Assembly: GCA_963740315.1 (NCBI GenBank)
Contig: CAVUDP010000001.1
Coordinates: forward strand, 1,088,001 to 1,152,000
Source of the DNA: an uncultured cyanobacterium
Lineage (GTDB): Bacteria; Cyanobacteriota; Cyanobacteriia; Cyanobacteriales; Nostocaceae
DNA: 64,000 nucleotides
Reading direction: 5' to 3'
The position numbers were made by a program, and so were the translations under genes. Below, one piece after another: positions 33,647-42,915 of the stretch. Below the pieces are notes generated by a model. The model did no database searches. It was not told the origin of the DNA and was given only the letters and a program-made list of their open reading frames with translations. Numbering within the stretch: the stretch's first letter is position 1; every line of letters starts with the position of its first letter.

Positions 33647-34771
33647 ATGCAAATAACTCCAATTTTGAAAAGTCAAATCGTTCAGAATCAGGTGCGCGAA
33701 GTCGGGATAAATCCAAATTATTGGTATCCCGTAGCTTGGGCAGATGGACTAAAAGCAGGTGATGTAATGCCCGTAATGATTTGGAATTTGGCGATCGCGC
33801 TTTACCGTTCGCAAGATGGTCAAGTTTATGCGATCGAAGATGCTTGCCCACACAAAGGTATTCCTTTACACAAAGGCAAGGTCGCTGGAGATAATCTTAC
33901 CTGTCCTTATCACGGTTGGGAGTTTAATGGTGATGGAGAGTGTACGAGCATTCCCTATTTTCCCAAAGACCAAAAATTGCCTTGTGCAAAAGCACGTAGT
34001 TACCCGGTGCGGGAAAATTATAATCTTATCTGGATTTACCCAGGAGCGGTTGAAGATTTAGAAAATGCAGAATTTCCTTCAGTTCCGGAGTATGACGATC
34101 CAAACTGGCTGGCGATTCCGATACCGGGGGAGTTTAAAGCGCACTTTTCCATCTGTAACGAAAATACAATGGACGTGTTTCACGGCTATTTACATGAAAA
34201 CTTGCAGGGCTGGTTCGATCCAGAATTGATTAGTTTGAAAGCCTCCGAAGCATCTGTTAAAGCTCAATATAGGGTGTCTTACCAAGGCTTACTGACCAAG
34301 CTTTTCGGATTTAGCGAACAAGGGAACGAAGTTACAACTCGTACTGTCACAATTAAATATAACTATCCTCATTACCAAAGTTCTTTAGAGGGAGTTTCTT
34401 CCATCTATTTAATGCGTCAACCAGTAGGGGCACAATTAACAAAATCTTTTTCGTTGCTATTTATCAAAATTCGTCTTCCCCAATGGATTGTTAAACCATT
34501 GCAAAAACCGATAACAAAAATCATTTGGCGGTTCGTCTTAAAAAGTTTTCTTGACCAAGACACCGAGATGATTGAAAGCGAACAACGTACCTATCTAGCT
34601 AACCCCCAAAGACGTTATGTAGAAGTTAATCCAGCAATAATCGCCCTACAACGGGTAATTGTGGGTCAATATGAAAAATTTATGCAACAATCTAAAAAAC
34701 AATCGAATGGCAATAATGAGAACTACGCATCTTCAGCTACGGTCGTCAAGTCAAATTTAACTTCTACTTAG
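33647..34771 (+). CDS. Rieske non-heme iron oxygenase
   Basis: CPHKG...CPYHGW Rieske motif; ENTMDVFHGYLH mononuclear Fe motif. Confidence 0.92.
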   Translation: MQITPILKSQIVQNQVREVGINPNYWYPVAWADGLKAGDVMPVMIWNLAIALYRSQDGQVYAIEDACPHKGIPLHKGKVAGDNLTCPYHGWEFNGDGECTSIPYFPKDQKLPCAKARSYPVRENYNLIWIYPGAVEDLENAEFPSVPEYDDPNWLAIPIPGEFKAHFSICNENTMDVFHGYLHENLQGWFDPELISLKASEASVKAQYRVSYQGLLTKLFGFSEQGNEVTTRTVTIKYNYPHYQSSLEGVSSIYLMRQPVGAQLTKSFSLLFIKIRLPQWIVKPLQKPITKIIWRFVLKSFLDQDTEMIESEQRTYLANPQRRYVEVNPAIIALQRVIVGQYEKFMQQSKKQSNGNNENYASSATVVKSNLTST

Positions 34772-34881
34772 AGAATGGCTGACTATCTGATATAACAGAT
34801 TGGTAAATCCAACAAAGAAAATTTTCAACCGCAAACATATATTAAAAGCCCATAGGCAAATATTAGGTAAGAGGAGTTATT

Positions 34882-36168
34882 GTGGAAGTTGTAGAAGAGT
34901 ATATGCAGGGACTCTATCAAAGTGGTCTCTACCCAGATAAATTCATTTGTCATCAAAAACAGGGAAATTTCGTTGAAGTTGAAGATCCTACCAATGGTAA
35001 GCGATACAAACTTTTGACATTTTGCACTAATGATGTTTTAGGATTAGTTCAGTCAGAAAAAGTCAAGCAAGCCGCGATTGATGCAATTTTGCAATACGGA
35101 ACTTCTAATAGTTCTTGTTCGGTATTAAGCGGCAGAATTGATTTGCATCGTCAATTGGAACAAGAAATTTCGGCTTTAAAACATTTACCGCATACTCATC
35201 TATTTCTAAATGCTTGGATGGCAATGCAAGCATTAATAGATGGTTTTTGCCACTTAGCGATTAATCTTCCTGGCTTTCGGAACACCAGAGAAACCTTAAT
35301 ATTGACTGATGTTCTCAATCACGGCTGCATACTTTCCGCCGTAACCAATGCCAGCAATCGTTCCGGGAAGATGTTTAGTCACAGTCCCGCCGTCCGCGTC
35401 AAAGCGTACCGTCACTGTGATGTAAATGATTTAGCGCGGAAATTGCGACGTTATGCCCAGCCCAACGATCGCATCCTGGTGGTTTCCGATGCAGTTTTCT
35501 CGATGGATGGCGATATTGCTCCATTACCAGAGATGCTCGACGTTTTAGAGAACTATCCCGGTAGCGTCATCGTGATGGATGAAGCTCACGCCAGCGGCGC
35601 AATTGGTGGCAAAGGCGGGGGTATATACGACCACTTCGGAATTACACCCCAGCAAGTACTCGATCGGGGAATGGTGCCATTGATTATGACCACCTTCTCT
35701 AAATTTGCAGCTTCCGCAGGTGCAGCAATCAGTTCTCATATGCCAGAAATGATTGACTTGTTGGACGTTTCACCAACTTCCATCGGTACAATTTCTCTTC
35801 CGCCTCCGACAACAGCAGCAGCATTAGAAAGTATTCGTCAGGTAAGACAAAATCCTGAATTAGTCGAAACTCTCCAAGCTAATACACGTTACTTGCGATC
35901 GCGTTTAGTCGAACATGATTTTGCTGCGATCGGCGAAACTAACGTTATACCCGTACTAATGCCACCGGAACTAAATCCCAAGCAATTCACCCGTCATTTG
36001 ATGGAACACCACGGTATTTGGGTATCTGCGATTTGGTTTATTGCGAAACCTCGCTTAAGAATTACCGCAAACGCGCTTCATACTAAAGAAGAAATGGATA
36101 ATTTGGTTGAAGCAATGGTACAAACGCGAGAGCTTTTATATAAGCCAGCGACTGTCGCTACTGCTTAA
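34882..36168 (+). CDS. PLP-dependent alpha-oxoamine synthase (serine palmitoyltransferase/BioF-like)
   Basis: VFSMDGD, DEAH, TFSK (PLP lysine), RLRIT. Confidence 0.88.
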   Translation: MEVVEEYMQGLYQSGLYPDKFICHQKQGNFVEVEDPTNGKRYKLLTFCTNDVLGLVQSEKVKQAAIDAILQYGTSNSSCSVLSGRIDLHRQLEQEISALKHLPHTHLFLNAWMAMQALIDGFCHLAINLPGFRNTRETLILTDVLNHGCILSAVTNASNRSGKMFSHSPAVRVKAYRHCDVNDLARKLRRYAQPNDRILVVSDAVFSMDGDIAPLPEMLDVLENYPGSVIVMDEAHASGAIGGKGGGIYDHFGITPQQVLDRGMVPLIMTTFSKFAASAGAAISSHMPEMIDLLDVSPTSIGTISLPPPTTAAALESIRQVRQNPELVETLQANTRYLRSRLVEHDFAAIGETNVIPVLMPPELNPKQFTRHLMEHHGIWVSAIWFIAKPRLRITANALHTKEEMDNLVEAMVQTRELLYKPATVATA

Positions 36169-36210
36169 AGAATATCTGAAAGGATGCTCGCAGGAATTTT
36201 TGGAATATAA

Positions 36211-36245
36211 TAAACCCGGTTTTGTTTAAACAAAACCGGGTTTCT
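36211..36245. terminator. AAACCCGG...CCGGGTTT hairpin, possible terminator or repeat
   Basis: Inverted repeat after the stop codon; same family at 40021-40051. Confidence 0.55.
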
Positions 36246-36516
36246 GTATAACTGATTTTCTGTCTTTACCAAAAAACAACTAAAAATAAATAAAGGTTCG
36301 TAGTAAGGGCTTTAGCCCTTCAAATCTTTGATAAAGTTACATTTAATTTATCGTTACTTCCAATTTACGTGTATTTAATTGGGCTTACTCATTCGTAACT
36401 CTAAAAAATAAGGACGGAAGTCGGCAAGTGAAACAAATCATTAAAATAACCTAATCAAAATATCATAATCAAAAATAATACTGTAACTTTTTGACATTAA
36501 ACCTAAAACTTGACTA

Positions 36517-37668
36517 GTGAATATGGTTACTCAAGTCCAAAATTTTCAGGTAATGCCTGTAACAACAGATGCACAAAGGGAAATGTTCCTCGATGTGCCT
36601 TTTAAAATATATAAAAATTATCCCAATTGGGTTCCACCAATTCGCAGCAGCATTGCCAAACAATTAACACCACAAAATAATCCTTTTCTAGAATATGGAG
36701 AATTTCAACAATTTATCGCTGTTTCTCAAAATAACGGCGAACCTTTAGGGCGAATTGTCGCGGTTGTGAATCGGCGCTTAATTGAAAGTGAAGGCAAGAA
36801 TGTTGGGATTTTTGGTTATTTTGAATGCATAGAAGACTTTGACGTTGCTAACGGTTTATTAGAAACTGCTTCTCAATGGTTGCGGGATAAAGGCATGACT
36901 GTTGTTAGAGGACCAATTAATTTATCTACTCATAATAGTTGCTTATTTTTGGTAGATAGTTTTGATCAGCCGCCCATGATGATGACACCTTATAATCCGC
37001 CTTACTATCCTGAATTTATGGTTCATGCTGGTTATTACAAAGGAAATGATGCTTATGCTTATGATTTTCCTTTGGATCTAATTTTAGACCCCAAATTTGA
37101 AAAAGGCTATCGAATAGCTTGTAAATCAGGAATTACTTTTCGCCCTCTCCGCACAAAAGGCGAAGGTTTTGAACAAGATTGTCGCAGCCTCTACCAATTG
37201 TTTACTGAAACCTTTGTTAATAACTATAGTTCTACTACTCGTACCGAAGAAGAATTTATGGACGAGGCAAAGGAATTACAATCATTAGTAGATCCCGATG
37301 TATTCCCCGTTGCTGAAGATAACGGTAAAATGGTGGGTTTTTGGATGGGTTTACCCGACTATAATATTGCTCTGAAACAGGTTAATGGAAAATTAAATTG
37401 GTTGGGAATTCTCAAATTTCTTTGGTATCGTCGCCAAATCGACCAAGGAAGAGTACTTGTTATTTGTAGCCTGCCGGAATATCGTCGTAAAATGGTACCT
37501 CTAGGCTTAATTTATTTGGGAATGAAGGGGGGAATTAAAAAAGGTAAACCTTATAAAAGGGCAGAACTTTCCTTTGTGTGGGAAGATAATTCACCCTCCC
37601 GAAAATTAGTTGAAGCAGCAGGCGGCAAAATTTACAAGACTTACCGAATTTACGAGAAAGCGTTATGA
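36517..37668 (+). CDS. GNAT-fold N-acyltransferase resembling bacterial ceramide synthase (bCerS/YghO family)
   Basis: PNWVPP, GRIVA, GIFGYFEC, RGPINLST, PPMMMTPYNPPYY, LPDYN, ELSFVWEDN, YKTYRIYEK. Confidence 0.75.
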   Translation: MNMVTQVQNFQVMPVTTDAQREMFLDVPFKIYKNYPNWVPPIRSSIAKQLTPQNNPFLEYGEFQQFIAVSQNNGEPLGRIVAVVNRRLIESEGKNVGIFGYFECIEDFDVANGLLETASQWLRDKGMTVVRGPINLSTHNSCLFLVDSFDQPPMMMTPYNPPYYPEFMVHAGYYKGNDAYAYDFPLDLILDPKFEKGYRIACKSGITFRPLRTKGEGFEQDCRSLYQLFTETFVNNYSSTTRTEEEFMDEAKELQSLVDPDVFPVAEDNGKMVGFWMGLPDYNIALKQVNGKLNWLGILKFLWYRRQIDQGRVLVICSLPEYRRKMVPLGLIYLGMKGGIKKGKPYKRAELSFVWEDNSPSRKLVEAAGGKIYKTYRIYEKAL

Positions 37669-38642
37669 AAGCCTTAGTTACAGGTGCCAATGGTTTTACG
37701 GGTTCGCACTTAGTAAAAGCGCTACAGCAGCGCGGCGATTCGGTTGTTGGGTTGGTGCGAGAATCCAGCGATTTAACAAGATTAGAAAATACAGGAATAC
37801 ATTTAGTTAAAGGGGATATTACCGATCGCAATGCCTTACGTCAAGCTATGCAGGATGTTGACAAGGTGTTCCATACGGCAGCTTTTGTGGAATTGGGTTT
37901 AGTTGATGCCGAAAAAATGGAACGGGTAAACGTCGAAGGAACCCAAGCCGTTTTAGAAGTTGCCAAAGAAATGGAAATTTCTAAAATGGTTTATTGCAGC
38001 ACCATCGGCATTTATGGCGATACTAAAGGCGAAGTAATCGATGAAACTTTTGAAAGGACTCAAGAAAACTTCTCTTCTGCTTACGACAGTACCAAATACG
38101 AAGCCCAGCAATTAGTAGACAACTATGCCGTAATTGGTTTTCCCGTAGTTAGCGTCATGCCATCCGGTATATTCGGTGCAGACGATCCCCATTTTGGTCC
38201 GGTATTTAAACTATTTTTGCAAGGAAAATTAAAACTGTGGGCAGGTGGCGATCGCATGACTGGCATAGTTCATGTGGATGACTTGGTGAATGCGATGATA
38301 TTGGCAGCAGAAAAAGGCGATCGAGGAGAACATTATATAATTTCTGCTGGCGAAATACCTTCCCGCGAAATGTTTGAAATCATCAGCGAACAAACGGGTA
38401 TTTCCACACCAACGGAAGTTCCGCAACCGATAGTCAGACTTGCAGGTAATATTCTTAACCCCATAGGCAGCTTATTATCCTGGAATCCACCCATTGGTAA
38501 AGAGCGGGTACATTATTTATACGATCGCTGCGTGCGAGTTGATGCCAGAAAAGCACGCGAACAATTAGGTTGGCAACCGCGATCGGTATCTCAAACACTA
38601 CAAGAAATTGCTACACAGTTGCAGTCCCAAGTTGAACAATGA
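37665..38642 (+). CDS. Extended SDR NAD(P)-dependent reductase/epimerase
   Basis: TGANGFTG, YDSTK, VHVDD; ATGA overlap with the upstream gene. Confidence 0.9.
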   Translation: MKALVTGANGFTGSHLVKALQQRGDSVVGLVRESSDLTRLENTGIHLVKGDITDRNALRQAMQDVDKVFHTAAFVELGLVDAEKMERVNVEGTQAVLEVAKEMEISKMVYCSTIGIYGDTKGEVIDETFERTQENFSSAYDSTKYEAQQLVDNYAVIGFPVVSVMPSGIFGADDPHFGPVFKLFLQGKLKLWAGGDRMTGIVHVDDLVNAMILAAEKGDRGEHYIISAGEIPSREMFEIISEQTGISTPTEVPQPIVRLAGNILNPIGSLLSWNPPIGKERVHYLYDRCVRVDARKAREQLGWQPRSVSQTLQEIATQLQSQVEQ

Positions 38643-38799
38643 TTAAAAATATCTAGTAACTGCTAACTGCTAACTGTTTGAAATGCAACTTCTCGAAGTA
38701 ATCTAACGTCTCGACAAAGTAAAGTAATGCTCTACTCAGCTATCATTCTGAGAAATTGTTACGATAAATTACCAGACAAACATTCCGACAAAATCTTAT

Positions 38800-39309
38800 A
38801 TGAATTCCGTGTTATTGAGTGCTTCAAAAATAATAATTTCTTTCCTCATCGCCTTCGTATTAGCAAGTTTAGTAGAATATTGGCTGCATCGTTTGATGCA
38901 CGTTAACCGCAAGATTGGCGAACGTCATCGCGATCATCATCGCCGCAACGAAGGACAAGGGGTAATTTGGGAATTCCGCGATTACGTAGTTGGTAGCGCT
39001 GTAGTAACGCCATTAATGTTTCTCTATTCCTGGGATGCTGGATTGGGATGGTTGCTTGGAAGTTTGAGCTATGCGGCTTTTTCAGCATACGCCCATCAAT
39101 TGCAGCATGAAAATCCGACAAAATGCTTCTGGATGAAAATGCCGGTACATTACGTACATCACAAATACGGGATGTGGGAGCATAACTTTGGTTTGGCAGT
39201 AGATTGGTGGGATCGCGCTTTCGGTACCTACAAACCCGTTGAAGAATGGGTAGGTGAAAAAGAAATAGCTTTATCCCAACGCGGTTATCTACAGTTGAAG
39301 TGGTGGTAG
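38800..39309 (+). CDS. Fatty acid hydroxylase/sterol desaturase family protein
   Basis: EYWLHRLMH, HRDHH, HQLQH, HYVHH, NFG....WWDR.FGT. Confidence 0.87.
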   Translation: MNSVLLSASKIIISFLIAFVLASLVEYWLHRLMHVNRKIGERHRDHHRRNEGQGVIWEFRDYVVGSAVVTPLMFLYSWDAGLGWLLGSLSYAAFSAYAHQLQHENPTKCFWMKMPVHYVHHKYGMWEHNFGLAVDWWDRAFGTYKPVEEWVGEKEIALSQRGYLQLKWW

Positions 39310-39591
39310 AGCATATAAAATCTATCTTTCGTGCAACCAAACTATTACTTTTGTTAGAAGGACGATCGACCAATTTATAGGTAATCTTGATTTGTATTCA
39401 GAACAACTAATTGGTTTGGAATAGGTTGGATTTCAATACTACCCGGTTAAGCCGAAGTTTAGAAGGGTGCTTTTATCGAGCAGTATTGGGTTGGATCTGA
39501 TTAATTTTCCGATCGTAAATCTGTACTTAAAGCAAGCCTTTAGATGTGCTGAAACTGTGAAAAGTATTGGAAATAAACTAAGGGAGTTTTT

Positions 39592-39963
39592 TTGATGAGA
39601 AATATAGTTAAAAGTGCTTTTGCTAGCATCAGTTCTGGATTTAAACAGCTTCAAGTTAAGCGTTTTGTCGCTGTTGTCTTAGTTGGTTTCTTACTGTTAA
39701 GTACAAACGTTGCTCGATTAGATCGTAGCGAAGCTTTAACTAATAAAGTTGACAATCTAGTAAATCAGAACGATTCTGACAGACCCAAAACAGTAGGAGA
39801 ATGGAATAAAGAAGCTCGTCAAACAGAAGATGCTCCTCTTGAAAGAGCTAAGAGAATTGGCAAAGAATCCGCAGAAGCAGTAAAAGACTTTGGTCAAATG
39901 TACGGAGATACCGCTGAAAGAAGTACTCCCGATTTGGATGACAATATGAGTATGAGAAAGTAA
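39592..39963 (+). CDS. Hypothetical protein with a hydrophobic segment and hydrophilic C-terminus
   Basis: ORF with RBS-like GGGAG; RPKTVGEW motif. Confidence 0.65.
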   Translation: MMRNIVKSAFASISSGFKQLQVKRFVAVVLVGFLLLSTNVARLDRSEALTNKVDNLVNQNDSDRPKTVGEWNKEARQTEDAPLERAKRIGKESAEAVKDFGQMYGDTAERSTPDLDDNMSMRK

Positions 39964-40020
39964 TCGGCTTTAACCTTAAGTCGATAGTTTGAGATCGCAT
40001 TCTTAAATATTAATGAATTA

Positions 40021-40051
40021 GAAACCCGGTTTTATCAAAAAGCCGGGTTTC
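40021..40051. terminator. Hairpin between convergent genes
   Basis: GAAACCCGGTTTT...AAAGCCGGGTTTC. Confidence 0.6.
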
Positions 40052-40078
40052 TTAACATAGATGTATTTTCTATTATTG

Positions 40079-40264
40079 TTAAGATTGCCGTTGCTGTCGC
40101 TGACTTTGAAGAATTTCCGGTAATTCTTCTATTATCAAGGGTTTACCTTGTTCTTTAATTCTGTCCGATAAAGCATAAAATGCCTCGTTATCTTCCCGGT
40201 GTTCTAAAACATAGGCTCTTAATTCTTGTGTGGACATTGCTTTAAAATCTGGCTTATTAATCAT
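40079..40264 (-). CDS. Small protein, DUF6887-like
   Basis: KPDFKAMSTQELRAYVLEHREDNEAF. Confidence 0.75.
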   Translation of the reverse strand: MINKPDFKAMSTQELRAYVLEHREDNEAFYALSDRIKEQGKPLIIEELPEILQSQRQQRQS

Positions 40265-40440
40265 AAGTATTCGGCTTTACCTTCTCGACTGATTGCTATT
40301 TCAAATTCATTCCCAGCCAATACAATGATGTCTCCCGTTCTTTCGTCTACTCTAACTAAGTTGATGGGAAGATACATATTAGTTAATTGATAACACAATC
40401 TGAATAAAGTATCTTTCTGTTCTGCGGTTGCATCCTGCAT
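40261..40440 (-). CDS. Small protein, DUF6888-like (59 aa, absent from the ORF track)
   Basis: Own translation: MQDATAEQKDTLFRLCYQLTNMYLPINLVRVDERTGDIIVLAGNEFEIAISREGKAEYL; ATGA overlap with the downstream gene. Confidence 0.72.
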   Translation of the reverse strand: MQDATAEQKDTLFRLCYQLTNMYLPINLVRVDERTGDIIVLAGNEFEIAISREGKAEYL

Positions 40441-40451
40441 ACCTTAATTAT

Positions 40452-41390
40452 CTACTTTTCCAAAATAAAATCGGCAATTGGCTTATCTTTCTCCAAAGGT
40501 GTAATATCGGGAACGCTTAATAAAACCGATCGCTGAATGAATTTATTTTCATTCCAATCTTGAATTCGCCTTTCTACCCGACTCGGAATACCGTAGCCGT
40601 ATACAATATGTCCTTGCCCAGCTAAAACAACCACTTGATAATCGGGGTTAGCTTTAACAAATTTGGCGATACCATCCGCCATCGTTTCATCCCACAATAC
40701 CTGTGCCAGAAAAAAATTATTTGCACTATTACTATTTCCATGTCCCCCGCTTTGGTGTTGTTGAAAAGCTTTTAACACCATTTGACGATATGCTATGTTG
40801 TCTAAACTAATTTCTGTTATCGGCGGAATCAATTGTCTTTCTGAACTTGTGAGCTTTTCTATCCCTTCTCGCGCAACTTTACGGGTAATTTCACTCGGAG
40901 TATTTAAAGCTAAAACTGGTATTTTATTTTCTTTGGCAAAGCGTAAAATAGGGGCGTAAAGTTCCCAATCAAAACCCCAACGAGTTTCATATTCGCTTTT
41001 TTTTATTAATTCTGCTTCAGTAATGTTTCCTGCAATATATTGGTTGATAACTTCTTGAAAGGGACGTTGAAACATTTCCATCCCGATCGCAATTTTTGAA
41101 TTGTTTTTATATAACTCTTGAATAACTTTTAACTGATTTTGATGATCTTGGGAACTATCGTGAGTTTCTCCAAGATATACCACTTTGGCTTTTTTTAGTT
41201 CCGGTAATATTTGATTTAAATTATCAACGCATTGGCTGTTAAAGAATTTTTGGGAGCAGGATATATCTGTAGGTTCGGCAGCACAACTTGGTAAAGTGTT
41301 GATGAGAAATATTCCTAAAGATAAGACACATAATTTAGTGAAATAAAGCGGAAGACGCTGCATAATTTTAATTAGCTTGAAAATAGTCAC
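40452..41390 (-). CDS. ChaN/PhuW-like family protein
   Basis: YLGETHD, GMEMF, QVLWDETMA, LAGQGH..YG.GIP. Confidence 0.85.
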   Translation of the reverse strand: MTIFKLIKIMQRLPLYFTKLCVLSLGIFLINTLPSCAAEPTDISCSQKFFNSQCVDNLNQILPELKKAKVVYLGETHDSSQDHQNQLKVIQELYKNNSKIAIGMEMFQRPFQEVINQYIAGNITEAELIKKSEYETRWGFDWELYAPILRFAKENKIPVLALNTPSEITRKVAREGIEKLTSSERQLIPPITEISLDNIAYRQMVLKAFQQHQSGGHGNSNSANNFFLAQVLWDETMADGIAKFVKANPDYQVVVLAGQGHIVYGYGIPSRVERRIQDWNENKFIQRSVLLSVPDITPLEKDKPIADFILEK

Positions 41391-41450
41391 GAGTTACGTT
41401 AGCCAAGCGTGTCCGGAGGAGATATTAGGAATTATATTCACCAATTATGT

Positions 41451-42407
41451 TTAATAGCTAATATCTAATAAAACTTTTTGCGTTCCCTTGGTTTGAGCGC
41501 GTTCAAATGCAACAATTCCTTGATTTAATGGATAACGAGCATCAATTAAAGTTTGAACGTCGATTTTTTCTTGAGCTAAAAGTTCTAAAGCTGGTGCAAA
41601 TCTACCACAACGGGAACCAATCAAGGTAATCTCATCTACAACAATAGCTGATGCATCTAAACTAAGATTTCCTGCATAAGTACTTTTAAGAACTAATGTA
41701 CCCCTCGGACGTAATGATTTTTGCGCGATCGCAAATCCTCCGGCATTTCCGGTACACTCAACGGCTATATCAAATGTACGTTCTTGAATATCTTCTGGCT
41801 TACCTATTCTGATTCCTCTAGCTCTAAGATTAGCAAGCTTTTTATCGTGTTTACCAACTGCAAATAAATCACATCCGGTAATAAAAAGAGTTTGAGCGAC
41901 TAACTGTCCTAATTTACCATCCCCTACCACCAAAACTTTATCCTGGGGATGAATTTTAATTTGGGTTTGAATTTCTAAAGCAGCAGCTACGGGTTCGGTA
42001 AAGGTAGCGATTTCTGTGGGAACATTATCGGGAACGGGATAAAGGTTTTGGGTGGGTAAAGATAAGTAATCGGCAAAAGCTCCGTTACGATTCACAATAC
42101 CTAATACACTACGATTTTCACAGTGAGTGGGTTCATTACGCAAACAAAACCTACAATGTCCGCAAGCTGCGTTAATTTCTCCGACAACTCTTTTATTAAT
42201 TAAATGTTTGGGTCCTTCTTCAACTATTCCTACAAATTCATGTCCCAATATTCCTTTATAAGGATAATAACCGCGAATTAATTCTAAATCAGTATTACAA
42301 ATTCCCGCAGATAATACCCTAACCCGTGCTTCTCCCTCCTTAATTTCCGGTTCGGGAATATCGCTACGTAATTCTAATTGATTATTTTCTAACCAAAGTC
42401 CTCTCAT
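41451..42407 (-). CDS. Zn-dependent alcohol dehydrogenase (MDR family)
   Basis: GICNTD, GHEFVG, CGHCRFC...C, GDGKLG. Confidence 0.92.
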   Translation of the reverse strand: MRGLWLENNQLELRSDIPEPEIKEGEARVRVLSAGICNTDLELIRGYYPYKGILGHEFVGIVEEGPKHLINKRVVGEINAACGHCRFCLRNEPTHCENRSVLGIVNRNGAFADYLSLPTQNLYPVPDNVPTEIATFTEPVAAALEIQTQIKIHPQDKVLVVGDGKLGQLVAQTLFITGCDLFAVGKHDKKLANLRARGIRIGKPEDIQERTFDIAVECTGNAGGFAIAQKSLRPRGTLVLKSTYAGNLSLDASAIVVDEITLIGSRCGRFAPALELLAQEKIDVQTLIDARYPLNQGIVAFERAQTKGTQKVLLDISY

Positions 42408-42497
42408 ATTTTTTAATCAATAAGGTTAAGAGTTAGGGGGTTAGGAGTTCGGAATTAGGAGTTTTAACTAATTCCTGTTTCCTATTTCCCGTTCCCT

Positions 42498-42797
42498 CTA
42501 ATACAACATCGAATTTGTTTTAGGCTGATAATCCATACATTCTATTGCTTCTTCGGTGTTAGCCATAGTAGGATTTACCGTGCATTTTAAGCGATAATCG
42601 TCAGTAAAATATTGACAACCAGAACATGGAATTCGATGCATTTGCTTTGCTGTGGCAACGCTATCTCTCGCCGCAGTCCACATACTCCAGCCCATTAAAA
42701 AAACTAATGCCCAAGCACAGACAAAGCAAATAGGCACTAAAAAAGGCTGAATCGCATTAACTAAGTAATAAACTATTTGAAGTATTTGCAACACCAT
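42498..42797 (-). CDS. Conserved hypothetical membrane protein with a Cys motif
   Basis: TM helix followed by HRIPC..C.YFT.DYRLKC.V.P...C. Confidence 0.75.
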   Translation of the reverse strand: MVLQILQIVYYLVNAIQPFLVPICFVCAWALVFLMGWSMWTAARDSVATAKQMHRIPCSGCQYFTDDYRLKCTVNPTMANTEEAIECMDYQPKTNSMLY

Positions 42798-42800
42798 TTG

Positions 42801-42904
42801 AGGTCAAAGGTTAAAGGTCAAAGGTTAAAGGTCAAAGGTTAAAGGTCAAAGGTTAAAGGTCAAAGGTTAAAGGTCAAAGGTCAAAGGTTAGAGGTTAAAG
42901 GTCA
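42801..42904. repeat. STRR tract of alternating AGGTCAA/AGGTTAA heptamers
   Basis: About 15 tandem heptamers. Confidence 0.9.
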
Positions 42905-42915
42905 CTGGTTATTGA

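Noticed and set aside
34882..36168. bioF (biotin synthesis)
   Set aside because: No bio genes nearby, divergent motifs and a lipid-enzyme context; symbol withheld
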